Positions 41,536-50,105 of a stretch of 64,000 nt of DNA are shown piece by piece. Where the stretch lies: contig CAWIXE010000002.1 in assembly GCA_963840035.1 (NCBI GenBank), forward strand, positions 1,600,001 through 1,664,000, read 5' to 3'. Origin of the DNA: a candidate division FCPU426 bacterium. Lineage in GTDB: Bacteria; Oederibacteriota; PGYV01; Palsa-1178. Every line of letters starts with the position of its first letter. Positions within the stretch are counted from its first letter, which is position 1. The translations under genes and the position numbers were made by a program. The notes beneath the pieces were generated by a model. That model was not told the DNA's origin. It saw only the letters and a program-made list of their open reading frames with translations, and searched no databases.

Positions 41536-41731
41536 GTCTCAGATAAGGCGTCTCAGATAAGGCGTCTCAGGTGAGTCGTCTCAGGTGAGTCGTCTCAGGT
41601 GAGTCGTCTCAGGTGAGTCGTCTCAGGTGAGTCGTCTCAGGTGAGTCGTCTCAGGTGAACCGTCTCAGGTGAGCCGTCTCAGGTGAGCCGTCTCAGGTGA
41701 GCCGTCTCAGGTGAACCGTCTCATGTGAACC
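41536..41731. repeat. 14 tandem copies of a 14-mer GTCTCAG-(G/A)TnAnnC
   Basis: 2x GTCTCAGATAAGGC, 6x GTCTCAGGTGAGTC, then AACC/AGCC variants. Confidence 0.95.
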
Positions 41732-41803
41732 GTCCTACTATCATAACCGTCGCGAAGCGACTCCTTAATTAGTAATTGGTGATTAGTCATTAGTAATTGC
41801 CCT

Positions 41804-42010
41804 TCAGTCCTTCTCATACTCCAGTATCTCTCCCGGCTGACAATTGAGTTCCCTGCATAGCGCGTTCAACGTCTCAACCCTTACAGCTTTTGCCTTTCCT
41901 GTCTTTAATATCGACAGGTTTGAGTCTGTCAGGTCTATCCTCTTTGCCAGCTCGCCTAAGGATATCTTCCTGTCAGCCATTACCCTGTCCAGCCTGAATA
42001 TTATACTCAT
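41804..42010 (-). CDS. YozG-like Cro/C1 HTH regulator
   Basis: LDRVMADRK..NLSILKTGKAKAVR..CQPGEILEY. Confidence 0.9.
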   Translation of the reverse strand: MSIIFRLDRVMADRKISLGELAKRIDLTDSNLSILKTGKAKAVRVETLNALCRELNCQPGEILEYEKD

Positions 42011-42052
42011 ACACGCCTCCGCATCATTTATTAGTAATTGGTAATTATTGTA

Positions 42053-42568
42053 TTAAACGGTTAAGTCGTGCTCTTCCTGAAGAGCAGCGCCGTTCTTGAA
42101 TATTTCGCCGAGCATGTAAAGCAGCACACAGGTCAGCAGGCCGCTGAAGTTGAAGGTAATAATTGAAAACGGTATCAGCAGTTTGTTTATGTTCGAAATA
42201 ATATCCACATTGCTTTTGTTAAATACTATCTCATTCTTAAAATTATCAAACAGGACAGCCGACCTTTTTATAATCATAAGCAGAAGCACTACAACAGCCG
42301 CGACATAAGGGAATGCCAGCATCTTTAAAGCCAGCGGCGCCTGGTTAAACATCTTCCACTCTTCGAGGTCATGGCGGTTTTCTTCCGAAGGATTTATCCT
42401 CTGGTCTTCCGCTATCTTCTCCCCTATGAATAACTGAACCTTATCTGATGATATGACCGCGGTAAAGAACAAAGCTCCGCAAATAGCCCCCACAAGAACC
42501 AAATACCACATCACTTTCAACAACACGCTGAACACCGACGACACTGACTTTTTTCCAAAATTTTTCAT
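42053..42568 (-). CDS. DUF2975 membrane protein
   Basis: C-terminal IFKNGAALQEEHDLTV; paired with a YozG-like HTH; GGGAGG RBS before ATG 42568. Confidence 0.85.
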   Translation of the reverse strand: MKNFGKKSVSSVFSVLLKVMWYLVLVGAICGALFFTAVISSDKVQLFIGEKIAEDQRINPSEENRHDLEEWKMFNQAPLALKMLAFPYVAAVVVLLLMIIKRSAVLFDNFKNEIVFNKSNVDIISNINKLLIPFSIITFNFSGLLTCVLLYMLGEIFKNGAALQEEHDLTV

Positions 42569-42650
42569 TGCTAATACCTCCCATTTTTTTGAACTTCTTT
42601 TTTCATCATACCGCGGGGCCCTTCCCGGTATGATTTCTCCTGCTGATGCA

Positions 42651-42749
42651 AATATACAAAATCCAATGCCGAAAGTCAAGTATTATTTATTGTAATTCAA
42701 TAAATAATATCCGATTTTTAATGTTATTTTATTAAATACCAATAAAATA
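42651..42749 (-). promoter_or_regulatory. Sigma70 promoter with two upstream AT-rich palindromes (putative HTH operators)
   Basis: TTGACT-17-TATATT (42679-42651); TATTATTTATTG-N5-CAATAAATAATA at 42681-42709; TATTTTATT-N7-AATAAAATA at 42725-42749. Confidence 0.6.
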
Positions 42750-42841
42750 TAGGGGTTTTTAAAGGGGGCAAAATATGAAAATAAGATAAAAACTTATTAT
42801 ATTTAGTCTCTAACATCAGCAAAACAATATCAAACAGTTAT

Positions 42842-43462
42842 TTAGTATATAAAAGGAATATATCGCTTTGTATGTTTCATGTATTCCGCGTACTTTTTAC
42901 CGTGCAGTTTGAGCAGGAAATCCTCTTCGCATCTTACCTGCACTTCAAGGAAAAGATAGAAGCTGTAAGCGAACAGAAATACGGCCCAGCACGGGAATAT
43001 CATCCACACGCCGGCGTTTAAAGCGAATAATCCGAGGTATGTGGGATTCCGTATGAACTTATACAATCCCGTGGTTATCAACGCCGTCTTTTTCTTTTCA
43101 TCAATCCCCACGCGCCAGGACCTTCCCATTTTCAGCTGCGCGTAAAGGCAAATACTTAACCCCGCCAACCCGAGCAGGAACCCGGCCGCGTCAAATTTTA
43201 CGGAATCCAGATAAGCCAGTTCATTGAACATGGAAAAAAACTTCAGGTTAAAAACTTTAACCACGAGCATCAGCGTGATAAATATGGTAAGCACGAATGT
43301 AAAATAGGACATGAATTTCTGAAGGCTGCTTTTTGACTTGGCCATTACCTGCGGGTCTATGCCGGACTGCTTCATCAAAGTCCGCCTCTTTATGGCCCAT
43401 AGCATAAGATAAACCACGAACAAAGCGCCTATCAGTATGGCTTCAAGAATGTTTTTTTGCAT
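42842..43462 (-). CDS. ICMT/PEMT-family membrane methyltransferase
   Basis: SWRVGID, LITTGLYKFIRNPTY, EEDFL...Y..Y...RY. Confidence 0.88.
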   Translation of the reverse strand: MQKNILEAILIGALFVVYLMLWAIKRRTLMKQSGIDPQVMAKSKSSLQKFMSYFTFVLTIFITLMLVVKVFNLKFFSMFNELAYLDSVKFDAAGFLLGLAGLSICLYAQLKMGRSWRVGIDEKKKTALITTGLYKFIRNPTYLGLFALNAGVWMIFPCWAVFLFAYSFYLFLEVQVRCEEDFLLKLHGKKYAEYMKHTKRYIPFIY

Positions 43463-43552
43463 ATACTCCTCCTCTCCCCTGTTTATTTATCTAAGGCCAT
43501 CCGCATCCCGCGCGCTTATAATATAACCGCGCCGCGCAGTCAATTACGCATT

Positions 43553-44227
43553 TTAATCGTCAAGCCCCTTACCGTCAAGTATCTTATCCATATATTTTTC
43601 AACCCTGTCTTCCCTGGTTTTGGACTGCTTAGCCTGGGAGAAATAAAACAGGTATGCCCGCTGGCGGCCGGGTGTGAGGTTTTCAAAGGCGACTTTAAGT
43701 CCCGGCACGCTGTCGAGTTTTTCCTTGAACTCACCCGGAACCTTAAAGTCAGAGGTCTTCTTGTGCGGCACTTTCAGCCCTGCTTTTTCCGCCGCTATGG
43801 CTTCCTTTATATAAGCCTTTATCGTGCCCTTCAGCTTCACTATTTCCTTCAAGCCTGTAAACCGTATCTGTCTGGCCTCCTGCACATTCTCAGTCTGCCG
43901 GATCAGCACGCCTTTGGAATCCTTTAAAAGCGCCCCCTTGACAAAAAGCACAGCGCAGTATTCCTTAAACCCGTGTATTATTACTATGTTATTCCCCTCA
44001 AAAGTGTAGCAAGGCTGCCCCCATTTCATCTCCTCGGTCACCGGGCATTCCCGCACAATCTTTCGCAGCTCTTTCATTTCAGCCTGCCACTTATCAAGAC
44101 CTTTGATAAACGCATCTACTCCGGGATTTGCTTTGCCCGGTACTGCCGACCCTGCAGATTTCGTTTTTTTCAAGATGAAACCCCCTGAAATGTATAGAAT
44201 CATTATATAGATAAGTATACCAAACAT
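43553..44227 (-). CDS. YdeI/OmpD-associated (DUF1801) protein; start probably nearer 44173
   Basis: KWGQPCY, FKEYC, RQIRF, LTPGRQRAY, GKGLDD. Confidence 0.9.
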   Translation of the reverse strand: MFGILIYIMILYISGGFILKKTKSAGSAVPGKANPGVDAFIKGLDKWQAEMKELRKIVRECPVTEEMKWGQPCYTFEGNNIVIIHGFKEYCAVLFVKGALLKDSKGVLIRQTENVQEARQIRFTGLKEIVKLKGTIKAYIKEAIAAEKAGLKVPHKKTSDFKVPGEFKEKLDSVPGLKVAFENLTPGRQRAYLFYFSQAKQSKTREDRVEKYMDKILDGKGLDD

Positions 44228-44388
44228 CCTAATATAAGCAAGGAACAGACAAATGTACGCTTCCCCGCAGCAGAGTCAAAAACGCAACAAAAATGGAAAA
44301 TCCCCGCAAATATTATGTAAGAGAAGTGTTGACATTGCCATACCAATATGATAAAAATATTAGTCCGTGCTGCTATTATAAGATACGT

Positions 44389-44464
44389 TCCCTGGTAGCT
44401 CAGTCGGTAGAGCATGTGACTGTTAATCACATTGTCGCAGGTTCGAGTCCTGCCCGGGGAGCCA
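44389..44464 (+). tRNA. tRNA-Asn(GTT)
   Basis: 76 nt; acceptor stem TCCCTGG/CCGGGGA, anticodon loop CTGTTAA, GGTTCGAGTCC T-arm, encoded CCA; TTGACA upstream. Confidence 0.97.
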
Positions 44465-44507
44465 AAAATGCAAAAAGCCCATCGAAAGATGGGCTTTTTG
44501 CATTTTT
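44465..44507 (+). terminator. Terminator hairpin after tRNA-Asn
   Basis: AAAATGCAAAAAGCCCATC-gaaa-GATGGGCTTTTTGCATTTT. Confidence 0.85.
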
Positions 44508-44527
44508 GAGCCCTTGGCATGGCCCTC

Positions 44528-44553
44528 GTAGGGGCCGCCCCATGTGGCGGCCC
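44528..44553 (+). repeat. GTAG REP identical to the copy near 1880-1904
   Basis: GTAGGGGCCGCCCCATGTGGCGGCCC. Confidence 0.85.
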
Positions 44554-44658
44554 GGCCATTGTCTTAATCCTATAACCCAATCGCCCTCTCGTACTGTTTA
44601 TACTTGCCAACGGTAAAAAGGGTGATAAAATATAAGCGTAAAAATATGGGAGGCTAAA

Positions 44659-45228
44659 TTGATACTTATTCTGTGTTTGTTTTTAATATTCCCTTTATTA
44701 ATTTTAAGTGCAATATATCTGTTCTTTATTAAAACATCAAAAAACATTATGTCCAAAAGTGTAAATTTGAGCGTTTGGATTTTTTTAGTTATTTTGCTTT
44801 CGTTTGTGTCAGGATTTATAACCTTACAAAAATTCATACCATACATGATTGTATTTACACCTACTTTGATAATCGCAATTATTACCTATATCCAATTTGA
44901 GAAGGAATTGTCAGACGATAAGTTTCTTTTCCTGTTTACAATGGTGTTTTGTTCCGTTATTTTAACCGTGTTTATTAGCGACATTTTTCACGCCAAATTT
45001 CTTGAAATTGCTCTTAATAAATTTGATTTAAATCACGACGGTGTGTTTTCAGGCAGTGAAATTACCCCGGAACAGGAAGAAGCAATGTTTCGTTTGACGA
45101 ATGACTCATACAGGGCATTTTTACCAATTACAGGCAGCATTTATGGCTTTATTATTACAGTATTGGTTGTAATTTCTGCAAATGTCATTAAATTATTCAA
45201 AGGTAAAAATACAAAAATTATTAAATAG
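44659..45228 (+). CDS. AT-rich membrane protein with an EF-hand-like loop
   Basis: GGAGG + TTG start; TM segments; FDLNHDGVFSGSE..D..R motif. Confidence 0.7.
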   Translation: MILILCLFLIFPLLILSAIYLFFIKTSKNIMSKSVNLSVWIFLVILLSFVSGFITLQKFIPYMIVFTPTLIIAIITYIQFEKELSDDKFLFLFTMVFCSVILTVFISDIFHAKFLEIALNKFDLNHDGVFSGSEITPEQEEAMFRLTNDSYRAFLPITGSIYGFIITVLVVISANVIKLFKGKNTKIIK

Positions 45229-45274
45229 ACACCGTCTGTTTATAAAGGTCTTCAACCTCCCCTGAAATAAGGAA

Positions 45275-45383
45275 GGTGCGAGAATTGTATTGTCTGGTGA
45301 GCCAAAAATGCAAAAGGCTCAACTAAAGCTTGCCTTTTGCATTTTTAAGCCTTTGGTATGACCCTCGCAGGAGCCACCCCATT
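45275..45383 (+). repeat. Degenerate direct repeat of the tRNA-Asn 3' end, terminator and REP (att-like)
   Basis: GAGCCAAAAATGCAAAA..TTTTGCATTTTT.AGCC.TTGG.ATG.CCCTCG.AGG.GCC.CCCCAT matches 44459-44543. Confidence 0.8.
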
Positions 45384-45409
45384 TTACGACCAGTTCATTA
45401 CACCAGTTC

Positions 45410-45982
45410 CTATTTTCCCATTTTAGACGGGTCTTTTACATATTCATTAATCAGGCTCTTCAGCTTTTCTATTGCCTGTTTTTTCTCGGTTTCAGATACT
45501 CCGTCCTCAATTGTCTCAACCACAACTCCCTGCCCGTTCTTTCCCGTTACATTGCCGGTATATAATACGCCCATTTGGCCTTTTATTATCTTCCAGCGGT
45601 CGTCATATCTGTATTTCATGGTGAAATTCCTGCTTTTAACGATAGTATCAACAACTTTTTCAGTATTCTTTTTCCCGCCTATCATATTTGTTATAATTGT
45701 ATCCTTAAGCCTGTCTCCTTCACTCCGTTTTTTATATGACTCTCCTATAAGATTCATCGGAAAGGCACTCAGAGAATCGTGGACAATTGTCAGCCCTTCG
45801 TCCTTTAGTATCTTCTTTGCCGCGTAATAAGCTTCCGTATAATATCCGCCCGTTAATACTATCCTGCCTTCCGCTTCCTGCGATTCAAGATTCTTCTTAA
45901 TTGCATACTCTTCAAACTCCGCACACCCTGTAAAGGCAAAAACAAGTAACAACACAAAAATAACAACCATCAATTTTTTCAT
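45410..45982 (-). CDS. Hypothetical lipoprotein
   Basis: Lipobox FTGC; GGAGG RBS. Confidence 0.7.
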   Translation of the reverse strand: MKKLMVVIFVLLLVFAFTGCAEFEEYAIKKNLESQEAEGRIVLTGGYYTEAYYAAKKILKDEGLTIVHDSLSAFPMNLIGESYKKRSEGDRLKDTIITNMIGGKKNTEKVVDTIVKSRNFTMKYRYDDRWKIIKGQMGVLYTGNVTGKNGQGVVVETIEDGVSETEKKQAIEKLKSLINEYVKDPSKMGK

Positions 45983-46153
45983 GTTTTCCTCCCCTGTTAT
46001 TTATATGATAATTCTACTAGACCCCCCCACCTCTGTCAATACGCTTATCATATCAACGCAACCCGCGTTACAAAAACCCGTTTATGATATAATTAGGTAT
46101 ATTCAAACTAGCCTTCGGGACGCATATATGCTTCCCCTAAAAAAGGAGAAAAC

Positions 46154-47053
46154 ATGAAAGACGTTTACTGCTACGGCCTTGTTGAACTATCCTCAATATT
46201 TACCCTTTCCGGTAAGTTCCCTTCAGCTGACTCTTATAAGGAAGTGGAAACCTTAATCGAAGTCCCTGGCGGTGAGGCTACTAATGCGGCTGTGGTGCTC
46301 AGTAGGCTTGGGTTAAAAACTAAAATAGCGGGCACATGGCTTGGTGAGGATGTATATCATAAGGTAAAGGGCTACTTTGAACAGGAACATGTTGATACTT
46401 CCTCCCTTGAGCGCAAGGCCGGATATTCCGGGCCTCGGGACCTTGTCTTTGTCAGCGATGAGGGACGGACTGTTTTCGGGTGGTTTGGCAAACTTTGGTT
46501 CCAGGGACGAAAATGGTCCAAGCCAAAGGCGAGCGACATCAAGAACTGCCGCGTGGCGTGCATAGACCCCTTCATGCCTGAAGGGTCTGAACTGGCGGCA
46601 AAACTGTGCGTTAAATATAAGAAGAAGTACGTGACCCTGGATGAAAAACCCGAGCATTATGTCATTAAAAATTCAGAAGCCGCGGTTATTTCAGGCGAGT
46701 TCATGGAGCGCGAATACCGCGGAGTTGATATGGACAAGCTTTATAAACAGTACACAAAGAACTATAAAGGACTGGTTATATTTACATCCGGCGCTGATAA
46801 GATCATTTACGGCAGGGCAAATACGGCTAAAAAGGTATTTAAGCCTTTAAAGATAAAGGCAGTAGATACGCTTGGCGCGGGCGATACTTTTAGGGCTGGC
46901 ATTGCTTTTGGGCTGCTTAACTGCTGGGACGACGATAAGACCGTGGTATTCGCCAGCCTGCTGGCTTCAATGGTTTGCATGTCCGGACCCGGGGTAACTA
47001 AGTCGCCGAACATTAAAGATGTTTTGAAATTCCTTAATAAGGCCACGCTTTAA
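46154..47053 (+). CDS. PfkB-family carbohydrate kinase
   Basis: PGGEATNAAVVLSRLG, VDTLGAGDTF. Confidence 0.9.
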   Translation: MKDVYCYGLVELSSIFTLSGKFPSADSYKEVETLIEVPGGEATNAAVVLSRLGLKTKIAGTWLGEDVYHKVKGYFEQEHVDTSSLERKAGYSGPRDLVFVSDEGRTVFGWFGKLWFQGRKWSKPKASDIKNCRVACIDPFMPEGSELAAKLCVKYKKKYVTLDEKPEHYVIKNSEAAVISGEFMEREYRGVDMDKLYKQYTKNYKGLVIFTSGADKIIYGRANTAKKVFKPLKIKAVDTLGAGDTFRAGIAFGLLNCWDDDKTVVFASLLASMVCMSGPGVTKSPNIKDVLKFLNKATL

Positions 47054-47070
47054 TCACATATCCCAAATCA

Positions 47071-47904
47071 TTAAAGCAAAGTCCCCTGCTGAGCATCCAT
47101 CATCTGCTTCATCCGCTTCGCGTTTTTAACCGCCGACCCCGCGTGGCAATTATTTAAAAATATAAACATCTTCTTTGACTGCTCAGCCATCTTTTTCACA
47201 TCCGGTAGGAAGGACTTCAGTTCCTCGTCCGTATATAAGTAATCATACCTGACCTCAGATGGCGCGTTGAACCAGTTCTTGTTCCTTCCGTGGAGGCGGA
47301 AGTACGCCACATCAGAGGTCACTTCCGGCTTAAACGGCATAAGCCTTTCAAGCGGCGGCTCGTCCACGGCGCAGTATCCCAAGTCATATGCCTTTAAAAA
47401 CGAGAACGTCTCATCCTTTGCCCAGTGGCTGTTGCGAAACTCAATAATCAGGGGCATGCCTTCAAAGGCTTTTTTGCAGTTTATTATATAGGCTTCTGAC
47501 TCTTTTGACGGATAGAAAAACACCGGGAACTGAAGGAGTATGCCGCCGAGCTTGCCGGCTTCTGAAAACGGTTTAAGGGAGTATTTGAATTTCTCAATGT
47601 CGGAAAATGCCCTGTCCATAGAAGGCTGCTTTTCACCAAGCCTGGTGTCAAAGGGGTCATGGGTAAATCCCCTGAACCCCTTTACAACAAATTCAAAACC
47701 TTTTGAAGTCTTCTGCTCCATGGCAAAAGCGGTCTTGTCCGACAGGAGGGCGTAGTAGGTGGCGTTGACCTCAAGCGTGTCAAAACCAAGTTCTTTCTGG
47801 TAGTATATGAGTTCTTCTTTTTGAGGCAGGCCCTGGGGGTATATAACCCCTTTTCTCCAGTCAGGGAAGGAAAAGCCTGAGGTGCCAATTTTTACTACTC
47901 CCAA
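47071..47904 (-). CDS. DUF72 (YecE/UPF0759) protein
   Basis: IGTSGFSFPDW, EVNATYY, LLQFP, EFRN..W, YFRLHGRN, RYDYLY, NNC; tail QQGTLL. Confidence 0.93.
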   Translation of the reverse strand: MGVVKIGTSGFSFPDWRKGVIYPQGLPQKEELIYYQKELGFDTLEVNATYYALLSDKTAFAMEQKTSKGFEFVVKGFRGFTHDPFDTRLGEKQPSMDRAFSDIEKFKYSLKPFSEAGKLGGILLQFPVFFYPSKESEAYIINCKKAFEGMPLIIEFRNSHWAKDETFSFLKAYDLGYCAVDEPPLERLMPFKPEVTSDVAYFRLHGRNKNWFNAPSEVRYDYLYTDEELKSFLPDVKKMAEQSKKMFIFLNNCHAGSAVKNAKRMKQMMDAQQGTLL

Positions 47905-47931
47905 ACGCTACCTCCTGTATACATTTTATTA

Positions 47932-48267
47932 TTATACAAAAATTTCCTGCCTGACAACCTCAAGTATGCTTTCAGTATACTTCAAAGCATCATTATCCCA
48001 AAATCTTAGCACTATATAACCACAACCCCGCAAATAATTGTCCCTGATTTTATCATTGCCGGCCTTTTCTGCGTGCTGTCCCCCATCAAGTTCAATTATA
48101 ATACTTTTTTCATAACAAATAAAGTCCGCAATGTATTTCCCTACGGGTTCCTGCCTTTTAAATTTCAGGTTAAAGAACCTCCTTCCCCTTAAATAATTCC
48201 ATAATTTCCTTTCAGCGTCTGTCTGTTTCTTTCTTAAATCCCGCGCATACTCAACCAGTTTATCCAT
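47932..48267 (-). CDS. DUF559 (Vsr-like) endonuclease
   Basis: ARDLRKKQTDAE..LW, FKRQEP, IADF, IELDGGQH, VLRFW. Confidence 0.93.
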   Translation of the reverse strand: MDKLVEYARDLRKKQTDAERKLWNYLRGRRFFNLKFKRQEPVGKYIADFICYEKSIIIELDGGQHAEKAGNDKIRDNYLRGCGYIVLRFWDNDALKYTESILEVVRQEIFV

Positions 48268-48278
48268 TATCCCCCCTG

Positions 48279-48575
48279 TCCCCTCACCCTACCCTCTCTC
48301 CCCCGCAAGGGGGGACTATAAATAGCCGGGGGAGAGGGATAAAAAGGCGTTTTGTCTTTTACCTTCCTCCCCTCTCCTCTTAGGAGAGGGGGCTGGGGTG
48401 AGGTGAAACAAGTACCTACTTCCCCTCACCCTACCCTCTCCCGGGGGGAGAGGGATGAAAAGACGGTTTGTCTTTTACATTCCTCCCCTCTCCTCTTAGG
48501 AGAGGGGGCTGGGGTGAGGTGAAACAAGTACCTACTTCCCCTCACCCTACCCTCTCCCGGGGGGAGAGGGATAAA
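48279..48575. repeat. Array of CCCTCACCC/CCCTCTCC palindromic elements next to DUF559
   Basis: 3x CCCCTCACCCTACCCTCTC..GGGGAGAGGGAT alternating with 2x inverted CCCCTCTCCTCTTAGGAGAGGGGGCTGGGGTGAGG. Confidence 0.9.
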
Positions 48576-48596
48576 AGAACAACTCCAACTTACAAC

Positions 48597-49826
48597 CTAC
48601 TTTATAAGACGTGTGCTCATTATTCCACACCGTTCCAAAATCCCGTGCTTTTCGGCCTTTATTATAGATGACGGTTTTAAAGTAAACGCCCCGTACTTGT
48701 TGTTTATCTCGTCCATTACCTCCATCAGTTTCTGTTTCCTTTCCATGTTCTCAAACAGATACTGCTGCCCGTGCCCCGTTGCCGTGTTTGATATACTCAC
48801 CCCAAGCAGCCTCACTTTCTTCTTCAACGGCATCAGCTTCTCGAATATCTTCCACGCCTCCTCAAAAAGTTCCACCCCGGAGTTGAAGTAGTGGTGCAGC
48901 GTGGCGCGGCTGCAGTGCATCTCAAAATCCTCAAAACGCACAGCCAGGAACGCAGTCCTGCCCAGGAGCTTGTACTCGCGCAGCCGGACGGCTGTTTTTT
49001 CCGACAGCATCAAAAGAAATGACCTTATCACGCTTATATCCATGGTATCAGCAGGCAGGGTGTGGCTGTGGCCCACTGACTTTACCGGGCTCTCGTAGTT
49101 ATATCCTTTTACATCCGATGAATCTTTACCCAGGCCTATGTTCTTATACATCCTGCCCAGTATGCCAAAGTTATCCTTGAGCATGCGTTCGTCCGCCATG
49201 CCGAGTTTTTTGGCGGTATCAATGCCGAGCGACAAAAACTTCCTTTCCAGCTGCCTTCCTATGCCAACACCCTGCAGTTTTGAGACCGGAAGGTTTTCCA
49301 TGAATGCGGGAACATCCGCTTCCCGGACAATGACAAGGCCGTCCGGCTTTTTTGACTTTGCCGCTATCTTTGCCACCACCTTATTGGGGGCTATGCCTAT
49401 GGAACACAGAAGCCCCAGTTCGTCTTTAATCCTTTTTTTCATCTCCATGGCGGCTTTTTCCCCTCCACCAAAGAGCTTCTCGGTAGTTGTCAGGTCCATA
49501 AAGCATTCATCTATGGAAAAAACCTCGACCTTGTCCGTGTAATCAAGGAGTATCTTGTGTATGCGTATGGATGTGTCCACGTATTTATCCAGGTTGCCGA
49601 CGACAGGAATGAGCCGCGGGCACAGTTTCCTTGCCTCGGGTATGGTCATGCCGGTCTTTACCCCATACGCGCGCGCTTCGTAGGAAGCGGTGGTGATTAT
49701 AGTACGGCCCTGGCCGCATACGCCAATAGGCTTGCCGCGTAAAGACGGGTTGCAGTTCTGTTCGACAGAGGCAAAATAAGCATTCATATCTATAAGGAAG
49801 ATTGTGCGTTCCGGGGATTGGGTCAT
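48597..49826 (-). CDS. dinB: Y-family DNA polymerase IV
   Basis: DMNAYFASVE, SYEAR.YGV, SIDECF, KPDG, KSVG; clamp-like motif QQYLF. Confidence 0.95.
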   Translation of the reverse strand: MTQSPERTIFLIDMNAYFASVEQNCNPSLRGKPIGVCGQGRTIITTASYEARAYGVKTGMTIPEARKLCPRLIPVVGNLDKYVDTSIRIHKILLDYTDKVEVFSIDECFMDLTTTEKLFGGGEKAAMEMKKRIKDELGLLCSIGIAPNKVVAKIAAKSKKPDGLVIVREADVPAFMENLPVSKLQGVGIGRQLERKFLSLGIDTAKKLGMADERMLKDNFGILGRMYKNIGLGKDSSDVKGYNYESPVKSVGHSHTLPADTMDISVIRSFLLMLSEKTAVRLREYKLLGRTAFLAVRFEDFEMHCSRATLHHYFNSGVELFEEAWKIFEKLMPLKKKVRLLGVSISNTATGHGQQYLFENMERKQKLMEVMDEINNKYGAFTLKPSSIIKAEKHGILERCGIMSTRLIK

Positions 49827-49853
49827 GTGGTTTCCTTGCTTTCAATATTTGGA

Positions 49854-50105
49854 TTAAGCTATAAGTTCCGTTTTTTCAAGCATCCATTCCAGGGTTTTTT
49901 GGTTAAATGAAAGTTCATAGTAACCGCCATCCCCTGAGACTGAAAAATGCAGTATCATAGCCGCGCCTTCCGCCGTGTTCCAGCAGTAGGATACGGTCTT
50001 TACATCTACCTTCCGTTCCTTCCACTTGAACCACTTGGGCTCTATCCTGTTCTTTGAAAAAACAGCGCCGACCTTTATCTTCTCGTTTATAACTGTCACG
50101 CTCAT
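49854..50105 (-). CDS. Small beta-rich protein between lexA and dinB (DUF6504-like)
   Basis: ATGA-coupled to the lexA stop; P.WF.W...V...W......F.V....YEL.F.....W.L pattern. Confidence 0.75.
   Translation of the reverse strand: MSVTVINEKIKVGAVFSKNRIEPKWFKWKERKVDVKTVSYCWNTAEGAAMILHFSVSGDGGYYELSFNQKTLEWMLEKTELIA

Noticed and set aside
41536..41731. CRISPR array (also considered for 13245-13874 and 48279-48575)
   Set aside because: No unique spacers, units too short or contiguous, and no cas genes in the window.
44203..44616. ORFs 44203..44610 and 44293..44616
   Set aside because: They overlap tRNA-Asn, its terminator and a REP.
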